From Macrostomum lignano (Eukaryota): a stretch of 64,000 nucleotides of DNA. This document shows, piece after piece, positions 26,040 to 41,765 of this stretch. Position numbers and translations under genes: made by a program. The notes beneath the pieces were generated by a model, which saw nothing but the letters and a program-made list of their open reading frames with translations, had not been told where the DNA came from and did no database searches. Positions within the stretch are counted from its first letter, which is position 1; each line of letters starts with the position of its first letter. The DNA is taken from assembly GCA_002269645.1 (NCBI GenBank), contig NIVC01002869.1, forward strand, positions 1 through 64,000, written 5' to 3'.

Positions 26040-27012
26040 GCTTGTGAAGTGAAGCTTCGGGCTTGTGATGCTTCGGGCTTGTGAAGTTTCGAGTTTATGA
26101 AGTTAATAGCCTGTGAAGTTTATAGCTTGTGGAGTTTATAGCTTGTGCAGTTTCAAGCCTGTGAAGTTTATAGCTTGTGGAGTTTATAGCTTGTGCAGTT
26201 TCAAGCTTGTGGAGTTTATAGCTTGTGGAGTTTATAGCTTGTGAAGTTTATAGCTTGTGAAGTTTATAGCTTGTGGAGTTTATAGCTTGTGGAGTTTATA
26301 GCTTGTGAAGTTTATAGCTTGTGAAGATTATAGCTTGTGCAGTTTATAGCTTGTGGAGTTTATAGCTTGTGAAGATTATAGCTTGTGAAGATTATAGCTT
26401 GTGCAGTTTATAGCTTGTGGAGTTTATAGCTTGTGGAGTTTATAGCTTGTGAAGTTTATAGCTTGTGGAGTTTATAGCTTGTGAAGTTTATAGCTTGTGG
26501 AGTTTATAGCTTGTGAAGTTTATAGCTTGTGGAGTTTATAGCTTGTGGAGTTTATAGCTTGTGCAGTTTATAGCTTGTGGAGTTTATAGCTTGTGGAGTT
26601 TATAGCCTGTGCAGTTTATAGCTTGTGCAGTTTATAGCTTGTGGAGTTTATAGCTTGTGGAGTTTATAGCTTGTGAAGTTTATAGCTTGTGGAGTTTATA
26701 GCTTGTGGAGTTTATAGCTTGTGCAGTTTATAGCTTGTGGAGTTTATAGCTTGTGGAGTTTATAGCCTGTGAAGTTTATAGCTTGTGGAGTTTATAGCTT
26801 GTGGAGTTTATAGCTTGTGGAGTTTATAGCTTGTGCAGTTTATAGCTTGTGGAGTTTATAGCTTGTGGAGTTTATAGCTTGTGCAGTTTATAGCTTGTGG
26901 AGTTTATAGCTTGTGGAGTTTATAGCCTGTGAAGTTTATAGCTTGTGGAGTTTATAGCTTGTGGAGTTTATAGCTTGTGGAGTTTATAGCTTGTGGAGTT
27001 TATAGCTTGTGA
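26040..27012. repeat. 16-bp minisatellite
   Basis: Unit agtttatagcttgtgg (variants gtga, gtgc). Confidence 0.95.
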
Positions 27013-27479
27013 AAGCTATCCAATTGTTTCTATATTTTGCAACCAAATCAGTTCGAATGCAACAAAGTAAAGTAAAGTGAGTCTTTGTTCAGAAACTGTG
27101 CTTACCGTTCGCTCTAGCACAGAGGCCAGGCATTTTTACTGACTGACCTGCAATTACTGCACACAGTTGCAGAAGCAGAATCTCTCTTGAAAAAGAGTCT
27201 GAGCTTTCTTTGAGCTGACAAAAGATGAGGAAGAAGATCACACTCCGACTACGCTTTCATTTTGGGATGCCTCTCAATCTTGCGGGGAAAATTTCCTTAA
27301 TTGCTACCCTTTACCATTGGTCAGTCTTTGCCTATTTATAATTGCTAATCTGCAACATGCAAAGGCAGAAGTTCAGAATCAACTTTTCTAAGTTTTCAGA
27401 CTCCCAAAGAAGTTGTTTTCGATTAAATATTGACCATGTTATTACTTAGCTTACTCTGCTACCTTCTGGTACTCCAGTT

Positions 27480-28006
27480 TCGAGATTATCAAGTTTTGAG
27501 ATTATCAAGTTTTGAGATTATCAAGTTTCAGGACTATCAAGTTTCGGGATTATCAAGTTTCAGGACTATCAAGTTTCGGGATTCTCAAGTTTCAGAACTA
27601 TCAAGTTTCGGGATTCTCAAGTTTCGGGATTCTCAAGTTTCAGAACTATCAAGTTTCAGGACTATCAAGTTTCGGGATTCTCAAGTTTCGGGATTATCAA
27701 ACTTCGGGATTATCATTATTTGGTGTTATCAAGTTTCGGGATTACCAAGTTTCGGGATTATTAATATTTGAGACTATCAAATTTCGGGATTATCAATATT
27801 TGAGACTATCAAATTTCGGGATTATCAAATTTCGGGATTATCAATATTTGAGACTATCAAATTTCGGGATTATCAATATTTGAGACTATCAAATTTCGGG
27901 ATTATCAATATTTGAGACTATCAAATTTCGGGATTATCAATATTTGAGACTATCAAATTTCGGGATTATCAATATTTGAGACTATCAAATTTCGGGATTA
28001 TCAATA
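27480..28006. repeat. 16-bp minisatellite evolving into a 32-bp dimer
   Basis: Unit gggattatcaagtttc, later gggattatcaatatttgagactatcaaatttc. Confidence 0.9.
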
Positions 28007-28802
28007 TACTGTCAATAGCTGTCAAAGAATGAGACGGGAAGAATATCCTGGGAAACTATCAGTTTAAAAGCCAGCTGCTCCCCATACCAAAGCCGGACTC
28101 ATTGTCATCCGAATAAAAAAGCCGGAAAACCGCAGAGCTTTGCCAGAGCGACACTGGGTTTAAATAAAAACCCAGAAGGACGGGAGAACTGGGGACCAAA
28201 AAAGTGGGTGCCAAAATGAAAAAAAAAATTCGGCCTGTATATAATTGCTTTTTTGGCAAAGCGCTTGACAGAAAACAATGAAATAAAAAAACCAGTTGGA
28301 AAGGCCCTGGGCTCAGAACTGCTGAGCAATGCGAGAGAATGCAATGAAGTGAGGAGATGGAGCGGATCAGGTGGCGGGTCTTTGTAGTCGGGCCCACGGG
28401 TCCTCCTCATTGCTTTGATCAGCAAAAATTCTTCACTTCAAACCGCCATCTCAAACTGCTTCAAGTGCGCCCCTGGGGCATCTCACAAATAGAGGAGATA
28501 GCATTGTTCCCTGCACATGGCACTGGAGTTTTGCGCCATTTCCGATAGAAAAACAATAAGTAGGTCTTTGTGTCGCAATTTGAGTGCTCTGTATTTGTCA
28601 CTTTCTCTAATACTGGTCTTTGTTTCCACCCAAGTTTGGAATTGTTGGAATTTTTCACTCCATTGCTGGCTGCTGTCAACTTCTGCGCTATGCAATCGCA
28701 CTATTTTTTCTCTTGCTTCTGATTATTTCTGCGTATTTGTGGCAGCTGATACACCTGCGATTGGTGCCGAATCTGTTTATCGCAACTTGACTTTTCCCAC
28801 AG

Positions 28803-28898
28803 ACCGAGCTGTCCATGGTGCTGCAGGCGCTGTCGGAGAAGGCGAAATCAGGATCCGAGTTTCATCAGCAGTTGAAGAACAGTCCGGACAAAATACGG
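28803..28898 (+). CDS. TRIM9: TRIM9-like exon 2 (coiled coil)
   Basis: cccacag/ TELSMVLQALSEKAKSGSEFHQQLKNSPDKIR /gtgagt; 96 nt. Confidence 0.88.
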
Positions 28899-28923
28899 GT
28901 GAGTCAGCGGCTGGCTGCCGGCA

Positions 28924-31378
<2,455 letters not shown>

Positions 31379-32058
31379 GGTTTTAAACAGAAAATCAACA
31401 TTATTGATTGCCACTGCAGCTACTCCTCAGCTGAAACATCCCCAGACAGTTTATTCAGCTCAAACGTAGAAGTCCACACTGCAGCTTAAATTCCTTACCA
31501 ACCAAGCAGCTTGGCTACCTCTTTCACCTTAGAAACTCCGCAACGCTCCGGCAATTCTTGTCGTTCCCATCGCCCTCCCAGCCTCTTTCTCGCCCAGCTC
31601 AGCTGCCTCTCTCGCCCAGCGCAGTGCAGGCAGGTTTTTCTCTTCAAAAGCGGTTTTTTCTGCTAGCTAGCTGCAGCTCAAAATAAGAAGTGGAGAATGA
31701 ATAGTGGAGAACTCTCCTTGTTACTCAGCTGGCGTGTCAGTTGCACGATGAAGCGCAGCTGCCGGGGCCAAGTAGGAGAGCGGAGGCTGGACCGGGAGCT
31801 GGCTGGGGTCCTGCATCCGTCGGGGTCCTCTTGAGCTGGAGAAGGACAGAAAAATAGAGAGAGAGAGAAAGAGGGAGAGAGAGAGAGAGAGAGCAGCCTG
31901 GCTGGCTGGCCATGTTCTACCTCCGCCAGGGACCTCTAGACATTTAGCGCCGGTGGACTGGAAGCTAAAATAACACCCCACCTCCCCCAGTTTAACTTTG
32001 ACAATTTTGAAAAAAGATTAGTATGACTAGAAAGATCCAACCTTCACATCACTTTCAG

Positions 32059-32292
32059 ACCAGCTGCGAGGCTCTGTCCACCAGCATCAGCGAGCAATTT
32101 GACAGTCTAGTTGAGGCACTGCTGGCCAAGAAGCAGCTGATGCTGGCCCAGCTGCAGTCGGAGCGGGAGCACAAGCTCCGCGTGACGCGCGACCAAGCGA
32201 CCCGTTGCGCCACTGTGCTGGCCAGGACGACCAGCCTGCTGCAGTTCTGCGTCGAGATGCTCAAGGAGACTGATCCAGGCGCCTTCCTTTTG
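32059..32292 (+). CDS. TRIM9: TRIM9-like exon 3 (coiled coil)
   Basis: actttcag/ ...EREHKLRVTRDQ...LLQFCVEMLKETDPGAFLL /gttggt; 234 nt. Confidence 0.92.
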
Positions 32293-32311
32293 GTTGGTCG
32301 TTTGTTTAAGC

Positions 32312-33260
32312 TATGACCTTGGGAGTTTCCTTGCAACATTAGCTGTGACCTTGGAAATTTCCTTGCAGCATTAGCTGTGACCTTGGAAATTTCCTTGCAA
32401 CATAAGCTGTGACCTTGGAAATTTCCTTGCAGCATTAGCTGTGACCTTGGAAATTTCCTTGCAACATTAGCTGTGACCTTGGAAATTTCCTTGCAACATT
32501 AGCTGTGACCTTGGAAATTTCCTTGCAACATTAGCTGTGACCTTGGAAATTTCCTTGCAGCATTAGCTGTGACCTTGGAAATTTCCTTGCAACATTAGCT
32601 GTGACCTTGGAAATTTCCTTGCAGCATTAGCTGTGACCATGGAAATTTCCTTGCAACATTAGCTGTGACCATGGAAATTTCCTTGCAACATTAGCTGTGA
32701 CCTTGGAAATTTCCTTGCAACATTAGCTGTGACTTTGGAAATTTCCTTGCAACATTAGTCGTCATAAACTTGGAGATTTCCTTGCAACATTAGCTGTGAC
32801 CTTGGAAATTTTCTTGCAACATTAGCTGTGACCTTGGAGATTTCCTTGTGAAAATTGGCTGTGACCTTGAAAATTTCCTTGCAGATACTTGGTATTAGCT
32901 GTGACCTTGGAAATTTCCTTGCAACATTAGTCGTCATAAACTTGGAGATTTCCTTGCAACATTAGCTGTGACCTTGGAAATTTTCTTGCAACATTAGCTG
33001 TGACCTTGGAGATTTCCTTGTGAAAATTGGCTGTGACCTTGAAAATTTCCTTGCAGATACTTGGTATTAGCTGTGACCTTGGAAATTTCCTTGCAACATT
33101 AGTCGTCATAAACTTGGAAATTTCCTTGCAACATTAGCTGTGACCTTGGAAATTTTCTTGCAACATTAGCTGTGACCTTGGAGATTTCCTTGTGAAAATT
33201 GGCTGTGACCTTGAAAATTTCCTTGCAGATACTTGGTATTAGCTGTGACCTTGGAAATTT
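32312..33260. repeat. 32-bp minisatellite with a 172-bp higher-order unit (TRIM9 intron 3)
   Basis: Unit ttggaaatttccttgcaacattagctgtgacc. Confidence 0.95.
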
Positions 33261-33358
33261 CTGGAGTGGGTGTAGCCTAAGTACCCTGCAATTTCTGCAG
33301 GACAATGTGGTGCTGTAGCACTAGCATTGTAACTTTCAACCGCACGTGATTTTTTTAA

Positions 33359-33562
<204 letters not shown>

Positions 33563-33667
33563 TAGTACAATACTTGTTGATAAATAATTTTAAAATGTGC
33601 TTGAGATTCGCTGACAAACACCGAATAATCACATATTTAAAGAAGAGCTTCATCAGTCCAGACCCCG

Positions 33668-34016
33668 TGACTCCACACCCACCTCACTCCACAACCACCT
33701 CACTCCCCACCCACCTCACTCCCCACCCACCTCACTCCCCACCCACCTCACTCCACACCCACCTCACTCCACAGCCAACTCACTCCACACCCACCTCACT
33801 CCACACCCACCTCACTCCACACCCACCTCACTCCACACCCACCTCACTCCACACTCGCCTCACTCCACACCTACCTCACTCCACACCCACCTCACTCCAC
33901 AGCCAACTCACTCCACAACCACGTCACTCCCCACCCACCTCACTCCACACCCACCCCACTCCACACCCACCTCACTCCACAGCCAACTCACTCCACAGCC
34001 AACTCACTCCACACCC
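33668..34016. repeat. 16-bp C/A-rich minisatellite (TRIM9 intron 4)
   Basis: Unit cactccacacccacct. Confidence 0.9.
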
Positions 34017-34444
34017 CTGAGACATCATGGATGACTTTTATCCCGTGACTTCCTTGCTTATATTCGTCAAAAATTTTTGCCGAAACATCACCAAAACGAT
34101 ATGCCAGATCAAGAATCGAGCACGAAAACAGAGCCTGACGAACGGAACGGTCAAGGTTTGTACAATTGCACGAGATTAAGCCAGATTTCGCTAGTAAATG
34201 TACACTACGATGCGTATCGTTGTACATTTAGTTCATTTTTTATTACAATAATTGCCTATTTCTTTTCTTAGCGCACCGGTACGCAGCTGTGCCATTTTTC
34301 ACGGATTTTTTTTCAGCTCCATTATTTATGAAAGCTTTCCCAGTGTTTAATTCAATCTATTTTGAGTTACCTTCTACAAAGTTCTTTTGCCTTCACTTGA
34401 AGATAATTTTAGTTTAAAGCATCACTCCTCAGCGCGACTTATAG

Positions 34445-34861
<417 letters not shown>

Positions 34862-35719
34862 TAAAAAAAGATTTCTACTGATCAATTGTACACTACTAAT
34901 TCTAAAAATAGATTAGATGGCCTCCACAGAGAGAAGAGGGAAAGCGATCAATACTCGGGAGCCATGCGCATTTTTAGAAAAATCGATTGAACTGGTTTCC
35001 AGACTTTCTATCCCCTAAGCGTGTTTTCATGTGGAGGGGGCGGGGTTGCTGATGCGTCTGTTTTGATTTAGAATACATGGGAGGCAGAAAATTTCAAAGT
35101 TCTAGAATGCCCACGAGGTGGCCGCTATTGTCTACCCGTGTCCGACCTCATTAATTAAGAGATTACCGATATAAATATGAAACTATGCATCTTCAGTAAG
35201 TAAATTCAAATTTATTATGAAACTAACACAAAATCCGGCCACTGATTGATCGATTTGCTAAGCTTCATTATTCAGGACACAGGATTAAGTAAATATTCGT
35301 CACGCAAACTCTGAATTTTGCTGGCAGTCAATCAGCAGTTTGAAGATTGCAACAAAGTTACTGAAGAAACAAGTAAAACAGTCAGCGCAGACAAGCTATT
35401 TGTGTCAGTCGAAACTTGAACGCTTTTTAACTGACAGTTGGCCTCTTAGCACAGAAAAAAGGAGCTCAACAGCCACTCACTAAACAGCTGGGGTTGCTTT
35501 CCCCATAGCAACCAAGTTGCTCCACAAATCTCCACTTAAGCCAGAGCATTCTAAAAACAGCAGCAGTCGCTCCTGCCAGCTCACTTTCTCTTTCAAGTGG
35601 AGTTCTACCCGAGCTATGAACTTTCTGTAATCTATACGCCTTTTTTGGCATCAGACTTGCTGACTGGCAGATAATGCTGTATTAACCATCGAGCATAAAA
35701 ATAAAAGTATCAAATAATG

Positions 35720-35992
35720 GGCAATGGCCAGATGTGGAACCGACAGCTCAGCCGCAGCTATTGCGCGGCGCATCTGAAGGCTGCGTACGGCTGTTCAGTC
35801 CAAGGACTGAGGGGGGGGGGTCGCCACACACCCTCAATTACCCCAGCTAATGCTGGCACCCATTTTACAGCTGGGTGAACTGAAGCAAAGCAGAGTTAAG
35901 TGTCAAGTGCTCAAGGACTCCGAGTAGGTCGAGAATCGAACCCCGACCTTTCAGTCGTGAGTTCGACGCTCTAACCACTAGGCTACAGCCCC
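35720..35992 (-). mobile_element. tRNA-derived SINE, copy 2 (5-prime end intact), in TRIM9 intron 5
   Basis: Minus strand ggggctgtagcctagtggttagagcg (A box) ... ggttcgattc (B box), then a CORE/MIR-like segment cagttcacccagctgtaaaatggg. Confidence 0.8.
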
Positions 35993-36872
35993 TGTCACTA
36001 GGCTACAGACGCTGTCACTAGGCTACAGACGCTGTCACTAGGCTACAGCCCCTGTAACTAGGCTACAGCCCCTGTCACTAGGCTACAGCCGCTGTCACTA
36101 GGCTACAGCCCCTGTAACTAGGCTACAGCTCCTGTCACTAGGCTACAGACGCTGTCACTAGGCTACAGCCCCTGTCACTAGGCTACAGCCGCTGTCACTA
36201 GGCTACAGACGCTGTCACTAGGCTACAGCCCCTGTAACTAGGCTACAGCCCCTGTCACTAGGCTACAGACGCTGTCACTAGACTACAGCCCCTGTCACTA
36301 GGCTACAGACGCTGTCACTAGGCTACAGACGCTGTCACTAGGCTACAGCCCCTGTCACTAGGCTACAGCCCCTGTCACTAGGCTACAGCCCCTGTCACTA
36401 GGCTACAGACGCTGTCACTAGGCTACAGCCCCTGTCACTAGGCTACAGCCCCTGTCACTAGTCTACAGACGCTGTCACTAGACTACAGCCCCTGTCACTA
36501 GGCTACAGACGCTGTCACTAGGCTACAGCCCCTGTAACTAGGCTACAGCCCCTGTCACTAGGCTACAGACGCTGTCACTAGGCTACAGCCCCTGTCACTA
36601 GGCTACAGCCCCTGTCACTAGGCTACAGCCCCTGTCACTAGGCTACAGCCCCTGTCACTAGGCTACAGACGCTGTCACTAGGCTACAGCCCCTGTAACTA
36701 GGCTACAGCCCCTGTCACTAGGCTACAGACGCTGTCACTAGGCTACAGCCCCTGTCACTAGGCTACAGCCGCTGTCACTAGGCTACAGACGCTGTCACTA
36801 GGCTACAGCCCCTGTCACTAGGCTACAGCCCCTGTCACTAGGCTACAGCCCCTGTCACTAGGCTACAGCCCT
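35992..36872. repeat. 20-bp minisatellite abutting the SINE 5-prime end (TRIM9 intron 5)
   Basis: Unit ggctacagcccctgtcacta, about 44 copies. Confidence 0.95.
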
Positions 36873-37532
36873 TTGAGAATAATTGTCAAAACTAATCCGG
36901 CCTACTCACTTTAATTGCCAGAAAACCAAGCCTCTATCCATTGGGATGAAATTACACCTCCCGACAATGCTTGGGCCGATCAGGCAGACTGGGAAATGAG
37001 ATAAAAAGCAAAGTTCAGAAAAATCGATTTCTAAGACAGTTTCTGTTTTGCCAACGCTGGTTCGCGGGAAGAAAATTAATGGAAAGAAACTGAGAAAGAG
37101 AAGGAGGAGAAAATCATGAACTGGTCACGGGTCGAAGCTCAAGCGCTCCTGATGAGCAGGAACTGTTGAGACGATTGACAGCGGCACCCCAGATACAGCA
37201 GGGCACTGCTCGTAGCGTTGTGAGAAAAGCAATCCCAACCCCTTGAAGCTCGCGTGACAGAGGGGGACGCAGGGACTCACCCTATTGACCTGGATAGTTC
37301 TCCTGAATTCTTCTTTTTCAGAAGTAGCCTTTTCTCACGTTTCTCGCTTATTGTCGCAGAGAGAGAGAGCGGCACTAATCGATAGTCAGCTCGAGTGTCT
37401 GCCTATGCAGAAGTACATTTCACTTTTGAAGCTCATTTTATTTTAAATTGGTTGCTGAATAACATATTCAATGCACTAGGTTTTAGTAGTTGGCTGTTCG
37501 AGTCGCAAGATAGGGACAATGGTTCTGTTGGA

Positions 37533-37762
37533 GATACTGCTGTAACCGGTTCAGTTAAGGACACTGCTGTAACCGGTTCAGTTAAGGACACTGCTGTAAC
37601 CGGTTCAGTTAAGGACACTGCTGTAGCCAGTTCAGTTAAGGACACTGCTGTAACCGGTTCAGTTAAGGACACTGCTGTAACCGGTTCAGTTAAGGACACT
37701 GCTGTAGCCGGTTTAGTTAAGGACACTGCTGTAGCCGGTTCAGTTAAGGACACTGCTGTAAC
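37533..37762. repeat. 27-bp minisatellite just upstream of TRIM9 exon 6
   Basis: Unit actgctgtaaccggttcagttaaggac. Confidence 0.9.
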
Positions 37763-37803
37763 CGTCTCATTGCTCACTCCCTCACCCATTGCAATGCCAT
37801 CAG

Positions 37804-38167
37804 CGCTGCTACCGCGGTCAGGAGACGGTGTGCTGCGTGCAAGGCCTGCAGTTCGACACAGTCTATCAGGCCCGGGTGAGGGCGCACAACTCGGCGGGCG
37901 AGTCCGACAGCAGCGACTTCGTCAAATTGCGCACCGCTGGTCGAGCGTTCTTCCAGTTCTCGCCGGAGGACTCGCACCCGGATCTGGTGTTCACCAACCA
38001 GGGCATGTCCGTGACGTCAACCTCGTTGGAGGAGCGCGTGGCCGTCTGTACAGTGGGATTCTCGCACGGCGTGCACTACTGGGAGTTCGTGGTTGACCGC
38101 TACGACGACAAAGGCGATCCGGGCTTCGGCGTGGCCCGGCTCGACTGCCGGAAAGATGAGAAACTGG
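37804..38167 (+). CDS. TRIM9: TRIM9-like exon 6 (FN3 end, SPRY start)
   Basis: ccatcag/ [52 protein letters not shown] /gtgagt; 364 nt. Confidence 0.94.
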
Positions 38168-39269
38168 GTGAGTTCACGCTGTGCGGGGTGGTGGAGGGAC
38201 ACAGTGGCGAACTGCCAGCCAATCAGCGATCAGCTAGGGTGAGAGAGATAAGTGGAAGGAGGAGGGGAGGCGTCGTTGGCTGGTGTACACTGCCTATGTA
38301 CATCGATCTGCACTGGATTCTTAGAAAAGTTTATTACTACCTCGTTTGTACTCGCTTTTGTATTTAGCACCCCCTGCTTCGTAGTTGGTATAATTTATTA
38401 TAATATGTCGATTTGAATGTGCTACAATTTGAACAGGAATCTAATTTAGTTTTTGCAATGAGAGACTGTCATTTTGTAAATTTAGAATGAAAAAGTTTTC
38501 ATTTCTCTATTCGGAGTTCCCATCTCCGGGCTTAGCCATAAAGCAACAAAAGGAGTTAGCTGGGAATAGGATGGCAGCCATAATCTTCCCAAGGCATTGG
38601 CGGCACTTCCTTTCCTTTGCATATTTCCGTCTCGTTGGCGGCTGACCCCAGTCCTCGCCCTTGTGCCCCCCCCCCCCGCCGCCGCCGAACGATGGCGGTC
38701 CTGCTCTCTCCCAGTGTTTGTTCGAGAGTCTCTCCAGTGTGTGTGTGCGCCAGTGAATGTAATAAGCTGGCAGAGTGGTCGTGTCCTGCACAGCGTTGTG
38801 TTTTAGTTGACCTCGCATGACTCACGGCCGCCTCCGATCTCTCCCTCTCTCTCTCTCAGACTCAAGCGCGTGGCCCTGCATGCATGTTTTTGTGTGCGCA
38901 TTGTATTTTGTTAGAAATATATGGCCAGATTGGCTGGCAGCGAGGAGAAAAGGAGACGTTTTTATGACCTATTGGCAACAGTGAGGGGGGGGGTAGCCCG
39001 GCGTAGCCCACGCCTCACCCTGAGCCATTCCCCCTGCCTCAGAGGCGGCTTGTTCTCAATAAAAAATCCTTTGAGATTGCCCGCACCGTCTCACTGTCGC
39101 CAATAATGGGGGGGGGGTAAGTGCGCTCCACGCGTCTTCTGTTTCTCCTGGCTTTCTACCTGACCCCTGCCGTCCCAGCAAGCCTCCATCCCTCATCGTA
39201 ACATGTGTCTCCATCTTCTCTTGCTTGCTTATTTTCTTCTCCGTCTCCTTCCCTTTTATCTTTCTTTCA

Positions 39270-40288
39270 GGTTTCCCTCTCTCCTGTCTCCCTCTTCTGT
39301 CTCTCTCTCTCTCTTCTGTCTCCCTCTCTTCTGTCTCTCTCTCTCTTCGGTCTCCCTCTCTTCTGTCTCCCTCTCTTCGGTCTCCCTCTCTTCGGTCTCC
39401 CTCTCTTCTGTCTCTCTCTCTCTTCTGTCTCCCTCTCTTTTCTGTCTCCCTCTCTTCTGTCTCCCTCTCTTCTGTCTCCCTCTCTCTTCTGTCTCCCTCT
39501 CTTTTCTGTCTCCCTCTCTTCTGTCTCCCTCTCTTCGGTCTCCCTCTCTTCGGTCTCCCTCTCTTCTGTCTCTCTCTCTCTTCTGTCTCCCTCTCTTTTC
39601 TGTCTCCCTCTCTTCTGTCTCCCTCTCTCTTCTGTCTCCCTCTCTTCTGTCTCCCTCTCTCTTCTGTCTCCCTCTCTTCTGTCTCCCTCTCTTCTGTCTC
39701 CCTCTCTCTTCTGTCTCCCTCTCTTCTGTCTCCCTCTCTTCTGTCTCCCTCTCTTCTGTCTCCCTCTCTTCTGTCTCCCTCTCTCTTCTGTCTCCCTCTC
39801 TCTTCTGTCTCCCTCTCTTCTGTTTCCCTCTCTTCTGTCTCCCTCTCTCCTGTCTCCTTCTCTTCTGTCTCCCTCTCTTCTGTCTCCCTCTCTTCTGTCT
39901 CCCTATCTTCTGTCTCCCTCTCTCTTCTGTCTCCCTCTCTTCTTTCTCCCTCTCTCTTCTGTCTCCCTCTCTCTTCTGTCTCCCTCTCTTCTGTCTCCCT
40001 CTCTTCTGTCTCCCTCTCTTCTGTCTCCCTCTCTTCTGTCTCCCTCTCTTCTGTCTCCCTCTCTTCTGTCTCCCTCTCTTCTGTCTCCCTCTCTTCTGTC
40101 CCCCTCTCTTCTGTCTCCCTCTCTTCTGTCTCCCTCTCTTCTGTCTCCCTCTCTTCTGTCTCCCTCTCTCTTCTGTCTCCCTCTCTTCTGTCTCCCTCTC
40201 TTCTGTCTCCCTCTCTTCTGTCTCCCTCTCTTCTGTCTCCCTCTCTTCTGTCTCCCTCTCTTCTGTCTCCCTCTATTCGGTCTCCCTC
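39270..40288. repeat. Pyrimidine-rich 16-18-bp minisatellite (TRIM9 intron 6)
   Basis: Unit ctctcttctgtctccc. Confidence 0.95.
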
Positions 40289-41765
40289 TACTAGCTACTC
40301 AATACTTAGCTAGCAGTCACTTTCCAGCGCAAAAAAATGTTCCAAATCCCGCATCCCAGGAAGTTGGGAAGCAAATCAGGGGGAGGGGATATTTCTCAAG
40401 CCCACTTGCTTGCCTCACTAAAACCGAGCCGCTTCCTGCTCCTGCGGCGAATTAATGAACCGCGCTCTGCTTTCGGTCAAGCCGCTATGCGAGCTGCCCC
40501 GCGTGCACTGCAGTCAGGACAGGAAGACTAAGATTGAGTGGGGGGCTCCGCAGATCCTCTAGTTCGGTGCATGATAGAAAACACACACACACACGAACCG
40601 CCTCTCCGGTGCCCCAGTTCTGATCCCATATTTAACTCCCAGAGGCAGGACGGCAGGGCTCCAAGGCTCCGCCCATTCGACATCCGGTGGAGCAGGCAGG
40701 CGAACTGCTCAGAGAGACTCCAAGCCAAGGAGTAGGCAAAGCAATAATCTCAAACATCCGATTGTCAAAAAAGATTTTGCCTTCGATTCCACCATTGTTT
40801 GGTCCGCTAGCGACTTGGTATTCTGTCCTACTTAATAGACTGGCAAACAAGCGAGCCAAGAGGCCGTGAGGGGACGGGCTCAGCCTTTTGACGCGACATA
40901 TTTGCCCGCAAAGTGACTTTCTCATAGAGCCGAGGACTAAATGCTGTAGATAAAGCTAAGCGGACAGCAGTGCAAGAGAAAAGCTGTCGCGCATTATAAT
41001 TGAGAGAGTTGAAATTTCCTTGCCAAAAGTACAAATGCAGCTGCGTAGGTGTTGGCTATCCATGAGCACTGTTTGCTCAGAATGCTCTGCTCACACAAGA
41101 CATGGCTTAAATGCAATAGTCCTTCAGACAGGCATTCTATGCATGCAAAATAAACTTTAGAATGCTGAAGAGAGTTCTTCTGCAGCACCTGTAGACTGGG
41201 GTCTCGTGGGCGTTCGCTCATCAAGCAGTCGCTTTAAAGGTGCTCACCAAATTAAGCCAGCAATGCTCCTGTCAATCATGCATCATTAAGCAATGGGAGT
41301 CAAGGAGAATAATATAATATATCGCAAATGGGATTGATAGAATTAGGCCTAATTACAAGCTTTAATGCCATCTCAAAGTCAACTAACTATGCAAGAGAAA
41401 GCTCTGAAGAGTGCGCTAGAGGAGGATTTGCTCCCGGGGAAAAGACATTGAAGCACACTTTTTTTAGAAGCACTTCTTCATCCCATAGCTTGCTGTGAAG
41501 TGGCGGGGTTGTGAATATTGATTGCACGCTAAGCAATCGTGTGCCCTCCCCCCCCCCTGGCCAGAAAGCAGACGCACAGAGTAGCCTAGAGGGGAGAAAG
41601 GAGAAGAGAAAGTCCAGAAAGATGCTTCTGTTGTTGTTGCTGCAAGCTTGGCAGGGCACAGAGTGTCCCAGCCGCAGCTTCCAATATGCCAGCAGTAGTG
41701 CAAGAGCATGATCGATCGCCATTAGCTTTAATCACCATGAAACAAGACTGAAAATCTTAGACAAT

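Noticed and set aside
35925-35992. Possible tRNA gene
   Set aside because: Only A/B-box-like parts are present, followed by a SINE body seen in other copies; no complete cloverleaf.
37395-37803. In-frame 9-aa repeat (DTAVTGSVK) as extra TRIM9 coding sequence
   Set aside because: Different frame from exon 6 and upstream of its acceptor; exons 5 and 6 already join into a contiguous FN3 domain.
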